Source: an uncultured archaeon (GTDB lineage Archaea > Asgardarchaeota > Thorarchaeia > Thorarchaeales > Thorarchaeaceae). Taken from it: a stretch of DNA of 64,000 nucleotides. The notes beneath the pieces are model-generated. The model searched no databases. It saw only the letters and a list, made by a program, of their open reading frames with translations, and was not told the origin of the DNA. Both the position numbers and the translations under genes were made by a program. How positions within the stretch are numbered: the stretch's first letter is position 1; each line of letters starts with the position of its first letter. Positions 37,463-46,446 of the stretch are shown here, one piece after another. The stretch lies in NCBI GenBank assembly GCA_964558645.1, contig CAZLEV010000005.1:64001-128000 (forward strand), in the 5' to 3' direction.

Positions 37463-38209
37463 TTATTCCGGATACACTACATTCTCTGTGATTGCTTGGT
37501 AAAAGTCATCTATTGGAGTAGTCATGAGCCCATTTGCATTCAACCAGTAGCCTGTTTCAGCGAAACCTGTGATCTCTGGATGGTCATATTCGGTGAACTG
37601 TCCAGTCCACGTACCATTCTGCAGAAAGACCATCTGATCCGACTCGGTATATCCGATGTAGAAGAATGTGTTGTCGTCGAAGAAGATGCTGACGTAGAAG
37701 TCTATTGGCCAAGTCGATGGAAAATCGGCCGGATGCTCGGTGGCGTCCGGCATCTGAGCGATTGCGTCATCTACCAGAGAACCGCTCAGAATGTCCCATT
37801 CGTCTGGGGATATCTCGCCGTGACCTGTTATGTCTGCAGTGTATGGTGCGAAGAGAACATCGATGGTGCTGGTTCCTGCATGTCTTGACATCTTGACCCC
37901 ATCAACGAAAGCATCAGGTGCAGTCTCTTGATAATGCTGTGTGAGACGCTCATTAACAAATGACGAATTACACATCCAGTAGAATACGACATCATCCCGT
38001 CGGCTGTTGATATACTCTGCCGCCCTTGCCCCAAGACCTTCCTGTGTTCCGTCAGGGACTCCTGTCTGGTCAGTTGGTCGAAAGATGGATAGAGCGAGAA
38101 AGCCCGATATCACAATCACTGCAATAATGATTGATGCAGTTGTCACCTTCCCCAATGTAGTTTCATACCACTTCAGTCTCAACACCTGACCATACATCTT
38201 AACAAACAA
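37463..38209 (-). CDS. Membrane-anchored extracellular hypothetical protein
   Basis: N-terminal TM (ASIIIAVIVISGFLALSIF) followed by an acidic soluble domain; start uncertain. Confidence 0.75.
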   Translation of the reverse strand: MFVKMYGQVLRLKWYETTLGKVTTASIIIAVIVISGFLALSIFRPTDQTGVPDGTQEGLGARAAEYINSRRDDVVFYWMCNSSFVNERLTQHYQETAPDAFVDGVKMSRHAGTSTIDVLFAPYTADITGHGEISPDEWDILSGSLVDDAIAQMPDATEHPADFPSTWPIDFYVSIFFDDNTFFYIGYTESDQMVFLQNGTWTGQFTEYDHPEITGFAETGYWLNANGLMTTPIDDFYQAITENVVYPE

Positions 38210-38331
38210 ATATCAATCTACGCTTTGAATAGGCTGTTCAAGAGTTTGAACAGTACCTTATCCTCGCTGGCACAGTTCCACTAACGAGGAGTTGAAAACT
38301 GAGGAGAATCGGTAAACACAATGATAGGGGC

Positions 38332-38438
38332 TTCACATTGATCGTGGGGATCCCGGTGCTTTTCTATGTCATGAGGCCTATTTAGAGGTATACCGGGATG
38401 ATTCCCCATAAGACGTGAATCACCACCTTGAATAGGCT
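38332..38438 (+). ncRNA. Candidate structured RNA (long hairpin plus possible H-type pseudoknot)
   Basis: Nested stems TTCAC/GTGAA, GTGGGGA/TCCCCAT, TCCCGGT/ACCGGGA and TTCTA/TAGAG. The loop GGCCTATTTA is complementary to downstream TGAATAGGCT. Confidence 0.35.
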
Positions 38439-38480
38439 CCGCGGATAGGATAGTCTGTGGAAATGCAGGAGAGGTGAACG

Positions 38481-38882
38481 GTGATCCGGATTCCCATTGA
38501 GTATCTCTGGCTAGCCATAATCACCGGGGGATTGTATCTCTATCTAGAACACAGGGACGTTCGATTCGGAAATCTGCCTCTGACTTTCATCCTAGCCCTC
38601 ATCTGGTCTGCGTGGAGCCTCTTCATTGTCATCTCCGTCGGACCACACCTCACAGGCCCGTTTGCTCCTGATCCGCCGGGTCTGACTCCAAGCCCTTCAC
38701 TGATAAGAGCCACCATCTTCACATTCATGATTGCTCCCACTGTCCTCCTGCTTTGGTTCATGGTAGAGACCCAGCTTCTGACATTGCTAGAGCACAACAG
38801 AGATAGTAACTCGAACCATAGAGTTAAATATCTTCACAATAGTTATTTCGTGAAGGTCAGGTGCGACCGAGATGACAGATAA
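38481..38882 (+). CDS. Small membrane protein (about 3 TM)
   Basis: Hydrophobic segments; GGAGAGGTGA SD before GTG. Confidence 0.6.
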   Translation: MIRIPIEYLWLAIITGGLYLYLEHRDVRFGNLPLTFILALIWSAWSLFIVISVGPHLTGPFAPDPPGLTPSPSLIRATIFTFMIAPTVLLLWFMVETQLLTLLEHNRDSNSNHRVKYLHNSYFVKVRCDRDDR

Positions 38883-39111
38883 ACCTGTGACGACCATTGA
38901 TTGTGTAGGACTCTACTGTCCACAACCCATCTTTCAGACAAGAGAGGGAATCGAGTCAGTAGAGATCGGTGAAGTAGTGGAGATTCTTGCAGATGACCCA
39001 GGAGCGGAGTCCGACTTGAAACGGTTCACAAAGAGGACTGGCCATGAGCTCGTTTCATTCCAGAAGCTGGAAGATGGAGTCCTCCGATTCCTGATCAGAC
39101 GAAAGAAGTAG
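38872..39111 (+). CDS. tusA: TusA/SirA sulfur carrier
   Basis: IDCVGLYCPQP (CPxP) and LADDPGA..DL. Confidence 0.92.
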   Translation: MTDKPVTTIDCVGLYCPQPIFQTREGIESVEIGEVVEILADDPGAESDLKRFTKRTGHELVSFQKLEDGVLRFLIRRKK

Positions 39112-39126
39112 TGGAAGGAAGAGAGA

Positions 39127-40305
39127 ATGAACAGCGTCTACCTGGACTATCACTCGTCGAAACCGACAGACAAGAGAGTAATTGACGAGATGATGCCCTA
39201 TTTCACAGAGCTATACGGGAACCCATCGTCGCTTCATAAGATAGGGGACCTCGCCTCCGATGCGATGGAGGCAAGCAGAAAGAAAGTGGCGGATTTCATC
39301 AATGCAGATGAAGACGAGATTGTATTCACAGGTAGTGCCACTGAGGCCACAAACATGGCGCTCATCGGCTATGCGATGAAGAACAAGCGGAAGGGCAAGC
39401 ACATCATCATAACCGAGGTCGAGCACATCTCAATCCGCAACATAGCCAAGTATCTTGAAGCGAATGGCTTCGATGTGTCACGGGTCCCTGTGGACCAATA
39501 TGGCATGGTGGCACCGGACAAGATTGAACGGAGGATTCGCGATGACACTATCCTCATCAGTGTGATCTATGCCAGCAACGAGATAGGTACAATCCAGCCA
39601 ATCAAGGCCATAGGTGAGATTGCAGCTAAGCATGATGTTGCATTTCACTCGGACGCTGTCGCAGCCGAGGGACTGGTCCCTCTCGATGTAAGACGTGACG
39701 GCATCAACCTGATGACACTGTCAGCAAATGATTTGTATGGCCCTCGAGGGGTCGGGGCGCTCTACATGCAGAAACGCTACAGGGTGAATCCGATTATAAT
39801 CGGCGGGGGACAAGAGAGAGGACTGCGGTCCGGCTCTGAAGACGTTCCCGGAATCGTTGGGATGGGAGCAGCCGCAACGCTTATGCAGAGGGAGATGAAG
39901 GACGAACTGAAGCGCATGGAGTCATTTCGAAACAGGACTATAGATACAATCCTTCAGGAAGTGCCCGATTCCTATCTGAACGGTCATCCAACTGAGAGAC
40001 TGGCAAGCAACTCACACCTCAGGTTCGACGGTATTGAAGGAGAGGCATTGCTACTCTCATTCAAAGATCACGATATTGCAGTGTCAACGGGCTCGGCGTG
40101 TACCTCAAAGACCCTTGAGGCATCCCACACACTCATTGCCACTGGTCTGACCCACGAAGAGGCCCACGGGTCACTGCAGCTGACAACCGGAAGATTCACT
40201 GAAGACTCTGACATTGATAGAGTGCTTGATGCGACCCCTGACATAGTTAGCAATCTCAGAAGACTGTCACCCATCTACAACGAGAAGAAGGTGTTTGTAA
40301 GATGA
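39127..40305 (+). CDS. iscS: IscS/NifS-family cysteine desulfurase homologue with the PLP Lys replaced by Asp
   Basis: VYLDY, YGNPSS, SNEIGT, RSGS and STGSACTS. It has LSANDLYGPRG in place of SxHKxYGPKG. Confidence 0.9.
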   Translation: MNSVYLDYHSSKPTDKRVIDEMMPYFTELYGNPSSLHKIGDLASDAMEASRKKVADFINADEDEIVFTGSATEATNMALIGYAMKNKRKGKHIIITEVEHISIRNIAKYLEANGFDVSRVPVDQYGMVAPDKIERRIRDDTILISVIYASNEIGTIQPIKAIGEIAAKHDVAFHSDAVAAEGLVPLDVRRDGINLMTLSANDLYGPRGVGALYMQKRYRVNPIIIGGGQERGLRSGSEDVPGIVGMGAAATLMQREMKDELKRMESFRNRTIDTILQEVPDSYLNGHPTERLASNSHLRFDGIEGEALLLSFKDHDIAVSTGSACTSKTLEASHTLIATGLTHEEAHGSLQLTTGRFTEDSDIDRVLDATPDIVSNLRRLSPIYNEKKVFVR

Positions 40306-41081
40306 AACCTACCAAATATTCAGACAAAGTATTAGACCACTTCAGAAACCCACGTAATGTCGGCGTACTCGAAGGCGATGATGTCTCAGTAGGGAGGGTT
40401 GGAAATCCGACCTGTGGAGACCAGATGGAGGTCTTCATCAAAGTACAAGACGACCGCATCGTGGACGCAAGATTCAGGACCTTTGGCTGCGGCTCAGCTA
40501 TTGCAACCAGTAGCATGGTCACGGAGATGGCAAAAGGGATGACATTGGACGAGGCCCTTGACATAGAAAGAGCAGATGTCGCAACAGAGCTCGAGGGTCT
40601 ACCACCAATAAAGATGCACTGCTCAAACCTTGCTGCTGACGCACTTCATGAGGCAATCAAGGCATACCGGGCCAGAGAGGGAAAGGAACTGTCCGAGGCG
40701 ATCGAAGATAATGGTCCGGAGCCCTCGTGTCTCATTGGCAAAGACGAGTATCTTGACAAGGGAGTCTACCTGGATGTTGCGGATACTGATGATTTCTCGG
40801 GCAAGAGAGTCATCGTTCTCCACACGGGCGGCGAGTCAGTAGATGCTGCACTAGAGCTCACGTCCCAGACCGACCGCGTTGTTCTGATAACACCAGAGAG
40901 AAATATAGTGACAACTGAGGATCTTGCAGAAGAGCTACGCAGGTCGTCGGTCAAGGTTATCACTGAGTCAAGAGTTCTCGAGGTCTTGGGCGACTACGAA
41001 GTCGAAAAGGTCCGTGTGCATAATCTAGACGAGGATGAGGAATACGACCTCTTCGTAGACGCAGTGGTCATCATCGAGTAG
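40302..41081 (+). CDS. iscU: IscU/NifU scaffold fused to a degenerate TrxB NADPH-binding domain
   Basis: HFRNPRNVG, GNPTCGD, FGCGSA and KMHCSNLA, followed by about 115 aa resembling the thioredoxin reductase middle domain. Confidence 0.9.
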   Translation: MKPTKYSDKVLDHFRNPRNVGVLEGDDVSVGRVGNPTCGDQMEVFIKVQDDRIVDARFRTFGCGSAIATSSMVTEMAKGMTLDEALDIERADVATELEGLPPIKMHCSNLAADALHEAIKAYRAREGKELSEAIEDNGPEPSCLIGKDEYLDKGVYLDVADTDDFSGKRVIVLHTGGESVDAALELTSQTDRVVLITPERNIVTTEDLAEELRRSSVKVITESRVLEVLGDYEVEKVRVHNLDEDEEYDLFVDAVVIIE

Positions 41082-41224
41082 AACGACTGGGCTTCACGTT
41101 GACCCGTTCACAGAATATACTGGAAGCATGACCTCATCAGGAATCGAAGGTATCTCGCTGAATACTAGGACACCAATATTCATAGATTACTCATATAAGT
41201 CGACCAAAGCTGCGTGGAAGAGCC

Positions 41225-41689
41225 ATGAACACAATACGACGAGCAAGAGAATCAGACCATGCTGCGCTCACGAATATGTATCAGGACGACATCGAGTCTG
41301 ACGAGATGGCGGCTCAACGATTTGCTGACGACCTCATCTACAAGATGAATACACTCCTCTGCCTCGAAGAAGAAGAGATTCTGGGGACGGTGAGCTGGGA
41401 GGTTAGAGGCGGGCTTGAGGACGGAGTCATTGAACTGATAGGATTGGGGGTAGATCAAGAATCTCGTCGCAAGGGCATTGCCACAGACCTTGTCAACGAG
41501 CTCATCAGAGATGCTAAGGAGTACTATGAGTCCATGGGACATACGCTAAGGTTTGTCTATCTGTTCATGGAGGCCAGTAACGAGGCGGCACGCTCTTTCT
41601 ACCTACAAGTTGGGTTCACCGAAGTCTCCGAGATACCGAATATGTTCATCCACGATGACGGAAGTATATGGACGAAACTCCTGGAATGA
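41225..41689 (+). CDS. GNAT acetyltransferase
   Basis: LGVDQESRRKGIA and SNEAARSFYLQVGF. Confidence 0.88.
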   Translation: MNTIRRARESDHAALTNMYQDDIESDEMAAQRFADDLIYKMNTLLCLEEEEILGTVSWEVRGGLEDGVIELIGLGVDQESRRKGIATDLVNELIRDAKEYYESMGHTLRFVYLFMEASNEAARSFYLQVGFTEVSEIPNMFIHDDGSIWTKLLE

Positions 41690-41694
41690 CACGC

Positions 41695-42507
41695 TCAAGG
41701 CGTGACTCGCGTCATCCGAGTACTTCTACGTTCTAGGGCAGCTGCGAGTTGACCAGGTTGCATCATCGAGAGAAGAGATATCTCCAGACCTCTATCCAGC
41801 CGGCCTGCTAATGGTAGTAGCGAACGCAATTTTCCCTGCATCGCACCACTTGCGTCCCGTCCGGCCCGTGCATCGATCTGTTGGAGAACTGCATCAATCT
41901 CTTTCAGACTGATCTCGGATATAAGAGAAGCCGCATCGTCCTTCGTGGGATCCCCATCATAGACTCCATCTACGTCCATGGCAAAGAGGAGACGCTGTGC
42001 ATCCAGTTCCTTTGCAAGAATGACTGCCAGTTGGTCCCCGCTTCCCACACTGAATCCCATCGCTCTATCGAAGATCATGTCCCCACCGAGCAGAATCGTC
42101 ATCCCGAGCTCAAGATAACCTCTCAGTGATTCAAGGAAATACTCCTCCATCCGCATCTTGTTTGAGACTACCATTGACGACGGATGGAAGAGGTTGACGG
42201 GTATCTCTGCTACCTGAAACGCCCCGACTATGTCCATTCTGAGTTCATTCACTGTTGTCTGGGTCTTCGAGATCGGGAGCAACTGTTCAGGTGACTCGAA
42301 GCCCTTGTGAAGTCGATGCTCGATGACTGGCGGATGCCCAAAGGACCCAACACCGTGGACGACGATGAGGGACTCGAGTAGACCCGCATCAAGACAGTGA
42401 CGAATCTCCTGGACTACCGCCTTCAGAGTATCTTCTCGCAGTGTGTACGGCTTGGACTTGTCTGTCAGGAGAGAGCCACCCAGTTTCAGGACAGTAAGGT
42501 CCTTCAT
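41695..42507 (-). CDS. ipk: Isopentenyl phosphate kinase
   Basis: LKLGGSLLTDK, HGVGSFGH (IPK His), SGD, DVDGVY and DASGAMQGK. Confidence 0.9.
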   Translation of the reverse strand: MKDLTVLKLGGSLLTDKSKPYTLREDTLKAVVQEIRHCLDAGLLESLIVVHGVGSFGHPPVIEHRLHKGFESPEQLLPISKTQTTVNELRMDIVGAFQVAEIPVNLFHPSSMVVSNKMRMEEYFLESLRGYLELGMTILLGGDMIFDRAMGFSVGSGDQLAVILAKELDAQRLLFAMDVDGVYDGDPTKDDAASLISEISLKEIDAVLQQIDARAGRDASGAMQGKLRSLLPLAGRLDRGLEISLLSMMQPGQLAAALERRSTRMTRVTP

Positions 42508-42517
42508 TCTGTGACCC

Positions 42518-43318
42518 TCAGAGAATGGTCAAGAGTGGGAATGGCCACAATGCCGGAGCAAAGAGGAACATCATCGCCAGAACCACTGCTATTCCGAGAG
42601 AGACCGTCCAGTTATCAAGATTCGGCGGAGTGATAGCCTCAAGTATCATGGCAATGACACTCAACAGAATCACAGGAAGCAATAGTCCCGCAAGGTCATA
42701 GGAATACTGGATAGAATAGATGGCCATCAGTGTGAAACTGAAGAGGAACGAACCAAGAAACATACCCACCGAGCCGGCCAGAGTCTTCTCCGATCCGCCA
42801 ATGCCGAACTTTCTGTCGCCCCCGTACTTGCGGCCAATGATATCAGCAAGCCCATCACCACCTGCAAGACAGCCAAAGATGACAAGCGCATTTAGATTGC
42901 CGCTTGGTTCAGTGAACCAGAGTATTGTCGTGATCACTATGATGATGGCATAGTACAGTGTCCCCTTCAGAAGCTCAGCGGGGTCCCCCGAGCGCGACAT
43001 CGAAGCGACAAATGCCTCATTCTCGACCTTGCCGGTCCCTATACCTACAAAGAGTAGGACGAATAAGATGGGAACGACGGCAGCCAGATAGCGGCTGAAG
43101 AAAGTTCCCGAGTACAAGAGCCATGTCGCCACAAAGACCGGGGCCGCAAAGATGTGCACCAGCTTTCGGGTCACATCCGAAGAAAGCTTACCGCTCTTCT
43201 GGATTGCACCATTGATCTGCACCACCATCATCACTGCAATGATGGAGATGAACATCGCTATGAGGTCCCAGACAATCGCCAGACCTTCACCTAACGGATT
43301 GAACACCATACTTCTCAT
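42518..43318 (-). CDS. CTP-dependent prenol kinase (phytol/farnesol/dolichol kinase family)
   Basis: TRKLVHI, SRSGDPAELLKGTLYY, GDGLADIIG, KTLAGS and DN. Confidence 0.87.
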   Translation of the reverse strand: MRSMVFNPLGEGLAIVWDLIAMFISIIAVMMVVQINGAIQKSGKLSSDVTRKLVHIFAAPVFVATWLLYSGTFFSRYLAAVVPILFVLLFVGIGTGKVENEAFVASMSRSGDPAELLKGTLYYAIIIVITTILWFTEPSGNLNALVIFGCLAGGDGLADIIGRKYGGDRKFGIGGSEKTLAGSVGMFLGSFLFSFTLMAIYSIQYSYDLAGLLLPVILLSVIAMILEAITPPNLDNWTVSLGIAVVLAMMFLFAPALWPFPLLTIL

Positions 43319-43462
43319 CTCCAGAGGAAATCTTCTGCAGAGTTGTGCCTTGTCCGTGCTATAAGTGTGTTGCAGAAAGCGAATTGTTCTTCGTCAAGAG
43401 TCGAGCTGTGAGCCTATCACCAGATGAACCAGCAGTGGATTGCTCAGAAGCAACTCTTCATG

Positions 43463-43747
43463 TTATGCAATCTTCAGGTGTAGTCGGTTTAGGGTCCGCC
43501 AGTTATCGCGAATGGCAGATATCTCGTGAAGCCTCTCCGGGTTGGCCACATACTTCTGTGATCGCATATCCTGAAAGTCTGGAACCGCCCTGCAAATCTT
43601 GTGCTTGCATAACCGTCGTATTGCAAAGTTGACTGTTCGTCGAGCAAGCTTGGAGGACTCGGATATCTCGATTGACGACAGCGGCCCCTCCTCAGCAAGC
43701 CTGTCCAGCACAACCAGACAGCTCTTGGACAACAACACTTCTGTCAT
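43463..43747 (-). CDS. Small winged-helix regulator
   Basis: EGPLSSIEISESSKLARRTVNFAIRRL...PDFQDMRSQKY. Confidence 0.8.
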   Translation of the reverse strand: MTEVLLSKSCLVVLDRLAEEGPLSSIEISESSKLARRTVNFAIRRLCKHKICRAVPDFQDMRSQKYVANPERLHEISAIRDNWRTLNRLHLKIA

Positions 43748-43800
43748 GATTATCACAACCGCATCTGTAATCTGTGGGAGCCAATCTGACAACAAATACA

Positions 43801-43876
43801 GCAATATTTTTGCTTCCTGTTGCCAGTTTATGACTCCTGATAGCAAGTATGGCAACATTTATTTTAAATTTTGCCA
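43801..43876. promoter_or_regulatory. Divergent promoter with GGCAA/TTGCC inverted repeats
   Basis: TGGCAA(43850)-N15-TTGCCA(43871) surrounds a TATA-like TTTTAAA. TGTTGCCA (43818) mirrors TGGCAACA (43850). GCAA-N5-TTGC occurs at 43801. Confidence 0.5.
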
Positions 43877-43961
43877 CCCTAGCAAGAGAGTGACAGGCAT
43901 AGAAACATCCTTCATAGCCATTCGCATCGTAACGCTCTTTGAACATCAAGGAAGTGCTCAT

Positions 43962-45056
43962 CTGAAGAGACCGAAGATAGACGAAGAAGACCTGAAGATT
44001 CTCGAGTTATTGGACCGACTGGGTGCGAAGGCCTCTGCGCGAGAGATCAGTCAGCACCTTGACAAGGCTCCAAGAACTGTGAGATATCGTCTGAACCGAC
44101 TGAAGGAAAAGGGGTATCTGATAGGGATGCGCCTCCAAGCCCACGAGCGAAGGCTAGGCCTCGGAGAGAACATTCTCTTTCTGGAGGAAAAGAAGGGCAA
44201 AGCGAAGGAGCTTCGGGCTCTCATCGAGAAGATACCCTGTTTCTATTGGTACTCTCCCACGTTCGGTCGCTATAACGGATACATGGTTCACTCTATGTAC
44301 CCACTCACGACGCCAAACATGAATCGCGACCTAGCACAGGAGATGGAGAGAGGGGGACTAGTCGAGCGCTTTGACGTCTTCGACATTGTTGACTATCACC
44401 TGAAGAGAGCAGACCTCAGATACTATGATCAAGAGGAGGGTTGGCAGTGGGACTGGAATAGATGGTATCACCAGCTCCACGAGGATATCTCTGCACAGAG
44501 AGAGAACCCTTTGCCGATGAATCTCGGGCCGCCGCTCAGCGATTTCGATCACATTGATGTGCAGATTCTGAAGACTCTCACAGCAGAACCGGAGATGACG
44601 CTCCGAGACCTCAGCGGAACAGTAGACCTCTCTGAGTCGCAGGTCAACAAGAGAGTCAAACGTCTCGAACGGGAAGGTATCATCAAGGAGTACAGGCCAA
44701 TCATAGACCTTTTCGAAGATATCATGCATGTCACGTTGATCATCGAGATGCACAATGATGCAGGTTCACTCATTCACGCACTGAACCGACTCCCATTTAG
44801 AAGTGGATTTGCAGTGGACCCACCGGACCGCTGGTCAGTGAAGATTGAGCTCTCGGCGGAGGACACGTTACATCTTCTTGAAGGCCTGGATGGAATCAGA
44901 GACCTGATTGATGACTATATGTTCCAGATTGAGATACCTGTGAAGAAGACAGAGCACGAGAACTTCTGTGACAGGTTCAATCCTGACACGAAGACATGGG
45001 ATCTGCCCGTGATGGAATATGTGTCCATTATTCGTGAATACGCAGCGAGTCATTGA
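43962..45056 (+). CDS. Tandem Lrp/AsnC-family transcriptional regulator; probable CTG start
   Basis: Two HTH units: IDEEDLKIL...PRTVRYRLNRLKEKG and DHIDVQIL...SESQVNKRVKRLEREGII. Confidence 0.85.
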   Translation: MKRPKIDEEDLKILELLDRLGAKASAREISQHLDKAPRTVRYRLNRLKEKGYLIGMRLQAHERRLGLGENILFLEEKKGKAKELRALIEKIPCFYWYSPTFGRYNGYMVHSMYPLTTPNMNRDLAQEMERGGLVERFDVFDIVDYHLKRADLRYYDQEEGWQWDWNRWYHQLHEDISAQRENPLPMNLGPPLSDFDHIDVQILKTLTAEPEMTLRDLSGTVDLSESQVNKRVKRLEREGIIKEYRPIIDLFEDIMHVTLIIEMHNDAGSLIHALNRLPFRSGFAVDPPDRWSVKIELSAEDTLHLLEGLDGIRDLIDDYMFQIEIPVKKTEHENFCDRFNPDTKTWDLPVMEYVSIIREYAASH

Positions 45057-45133
45057 TGCGCACAGCGGAGTACCAGAAGCCAGTTCCCAGCGAGAGTGGT
45101 GATTTGTACTTACATGCTGCACCTGGCAGAGAT

Positions 45134-46339
45134 TCAAAACAGCATCTTCAGCCCCGTTAGTGTATGTCGCGTTACCACGCGTTTCATGATGGCCATTCTT
45201 AGGTTGGAGTAAGGTCTGAGTCCACCTATGAGGTCAGTCATGTGCTCTCTGATGACCTCATCCTCTGCGGCCATCTGTACAATGCGCTCCATGTTATCCT
45301 GGGAGTTGAAGAGGAGGTTGGCAAGGAAGTTCGCAGCCCCGAGTTGCTTGCCAATATCTTTCTTCCAGCGGCGTTCGTATTCACGGGTCCCGTCTGCACG
45401 GCCTGTCGATATGTCCTTGACAGTGTCTGCGGCAATCTGGCCAGTCTCGATGGCGTAACATATCCCCTCACCTGTGGCGGGGGACACGAAACCAGCAGCA
45501 TCGCCAACCAGCATGATTCTCTTTGTCACCGTATTCCCGATTGGGCCCTTAAGAGGAACACGCATGGCGGTCTCCTCGCTTAGGTTCAGTCTGATATCAT
45601 ATCGCTCCTCAAACTCGTGGGTGAATACAGACCAGGCATGTCTCAGATCACCCGCAAAGGGCATCAAGCACCCCATTCCAAGCGATGCCTCACCCTTCTT
45701 TGGGAAACACCACGCATAGCCGTGCTCAAGGCCACCGAAGTAGATTTGGATGCATATCCGGTCAGACTCATAGGGGCCATGGGTGATTCGGAGGATATCA
45801 TCATCATCCATCGGGACACGAGCCTCGATGCACAGGCCGATCTCATCATCCTTCCAGCGTTTCTTGATTCCCGAAACACGAGCAACCCGACTGTTCACCC
45901 CATCGGCACCCACGAGATATGATGCTCGGTAGGTCTTCCCGTCATCACCGAAGACAGCCACATCGCTGCTACTCTCCGATACTTCGATGACCTTGACACC
46001 TGTGACCACTTCCGCTCCGGCCTCAACAGCCTTCTCCAACAGGTAGTTGTCAAAGACTCTGCGTTTCACGGTATAGCCCGTGACCTGATCTTTCGCACAG
46101 ATGACCTTTCTCCGGGATGGGGAGAATACATGCGATCCACAGGCAATCCGATCGATTGCGGGTGCGATATCGAAGTCTAAAAGGTCAGGAAGACCAGCAC
46201 GGAATCCACCACCACAGGCCTTCCTCCGGGGGTGGGTAACCTTGTCCAACAGGAGAACGTCCAGTCCATGCTGAGCGGCGCGCCTGGCGCAGGATGAACC
46301 AGCAGGGCCGCCGCCAGCAATTACGACATCGTATGTCAA
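45134..46339 (-). CDS. Geranylgeranyl reductase family FAD oxidoreductase
   Basis: GGGPAG, KACGG, GADG, YAWCFPK and LVGDAAGFVSPATGEGI. Confidence 0.9.
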   Translation of the reverse strand: MTYDVVIAGGGPAGSSCARRAAQHGLDVLLLDKVTHPRRKACGGGFRAGLPDLLDFDIAPAIDRIACGSHVFSPSRRKVICAKDQVTGYTVKRRVFDNYLLEKAVEAGAEVVTGVKVIEVSESSSDVAVFGDDGKTYRASYLVGADGVNSRVARVSGIKKRWKDDEIGLCIEARVPMDDDDILRITHGPYESDRICIQIYFGGLEHGYAWCFPKKGEASLGMGCLMPFAGDLRHAWSVFTHEFEERYDIRLNLSEETAMRVPLKGPIGNTVTKRIMLVGDAAGFVSPATGEGICYAIETGQIAADTVKDISTGRADGTREYERRWKKDIGKQLGAANFLANLLFNSQDNMERIVQMAAEDEVIREHMTDLIGGLRPYSNLRMAIMKRVVTRHTLTGLKMLF

Positions 46340-46446
46340 TGTATGTCGCTTCCTCTTCGGCTCGTATGCTACCGACCGACTATTATCTGTTTTCAACAAA
46401 AGCCTAAGCGGTATACGACACCTGCCGAAGTATAGATGAGGAATCC

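Noticed and set aside
39127-40305. Calling this IscS the DndA substitute
   Set aside because: It lacks the PLP-binding Lys, so desulfurase activity is doubtful.
43599-43961. N-terminal 121 aa of the 485-aa track ORF
   Set aside because: It overlaps the divergent wHTH gene and an AT-rich promoter, and has no domain features.
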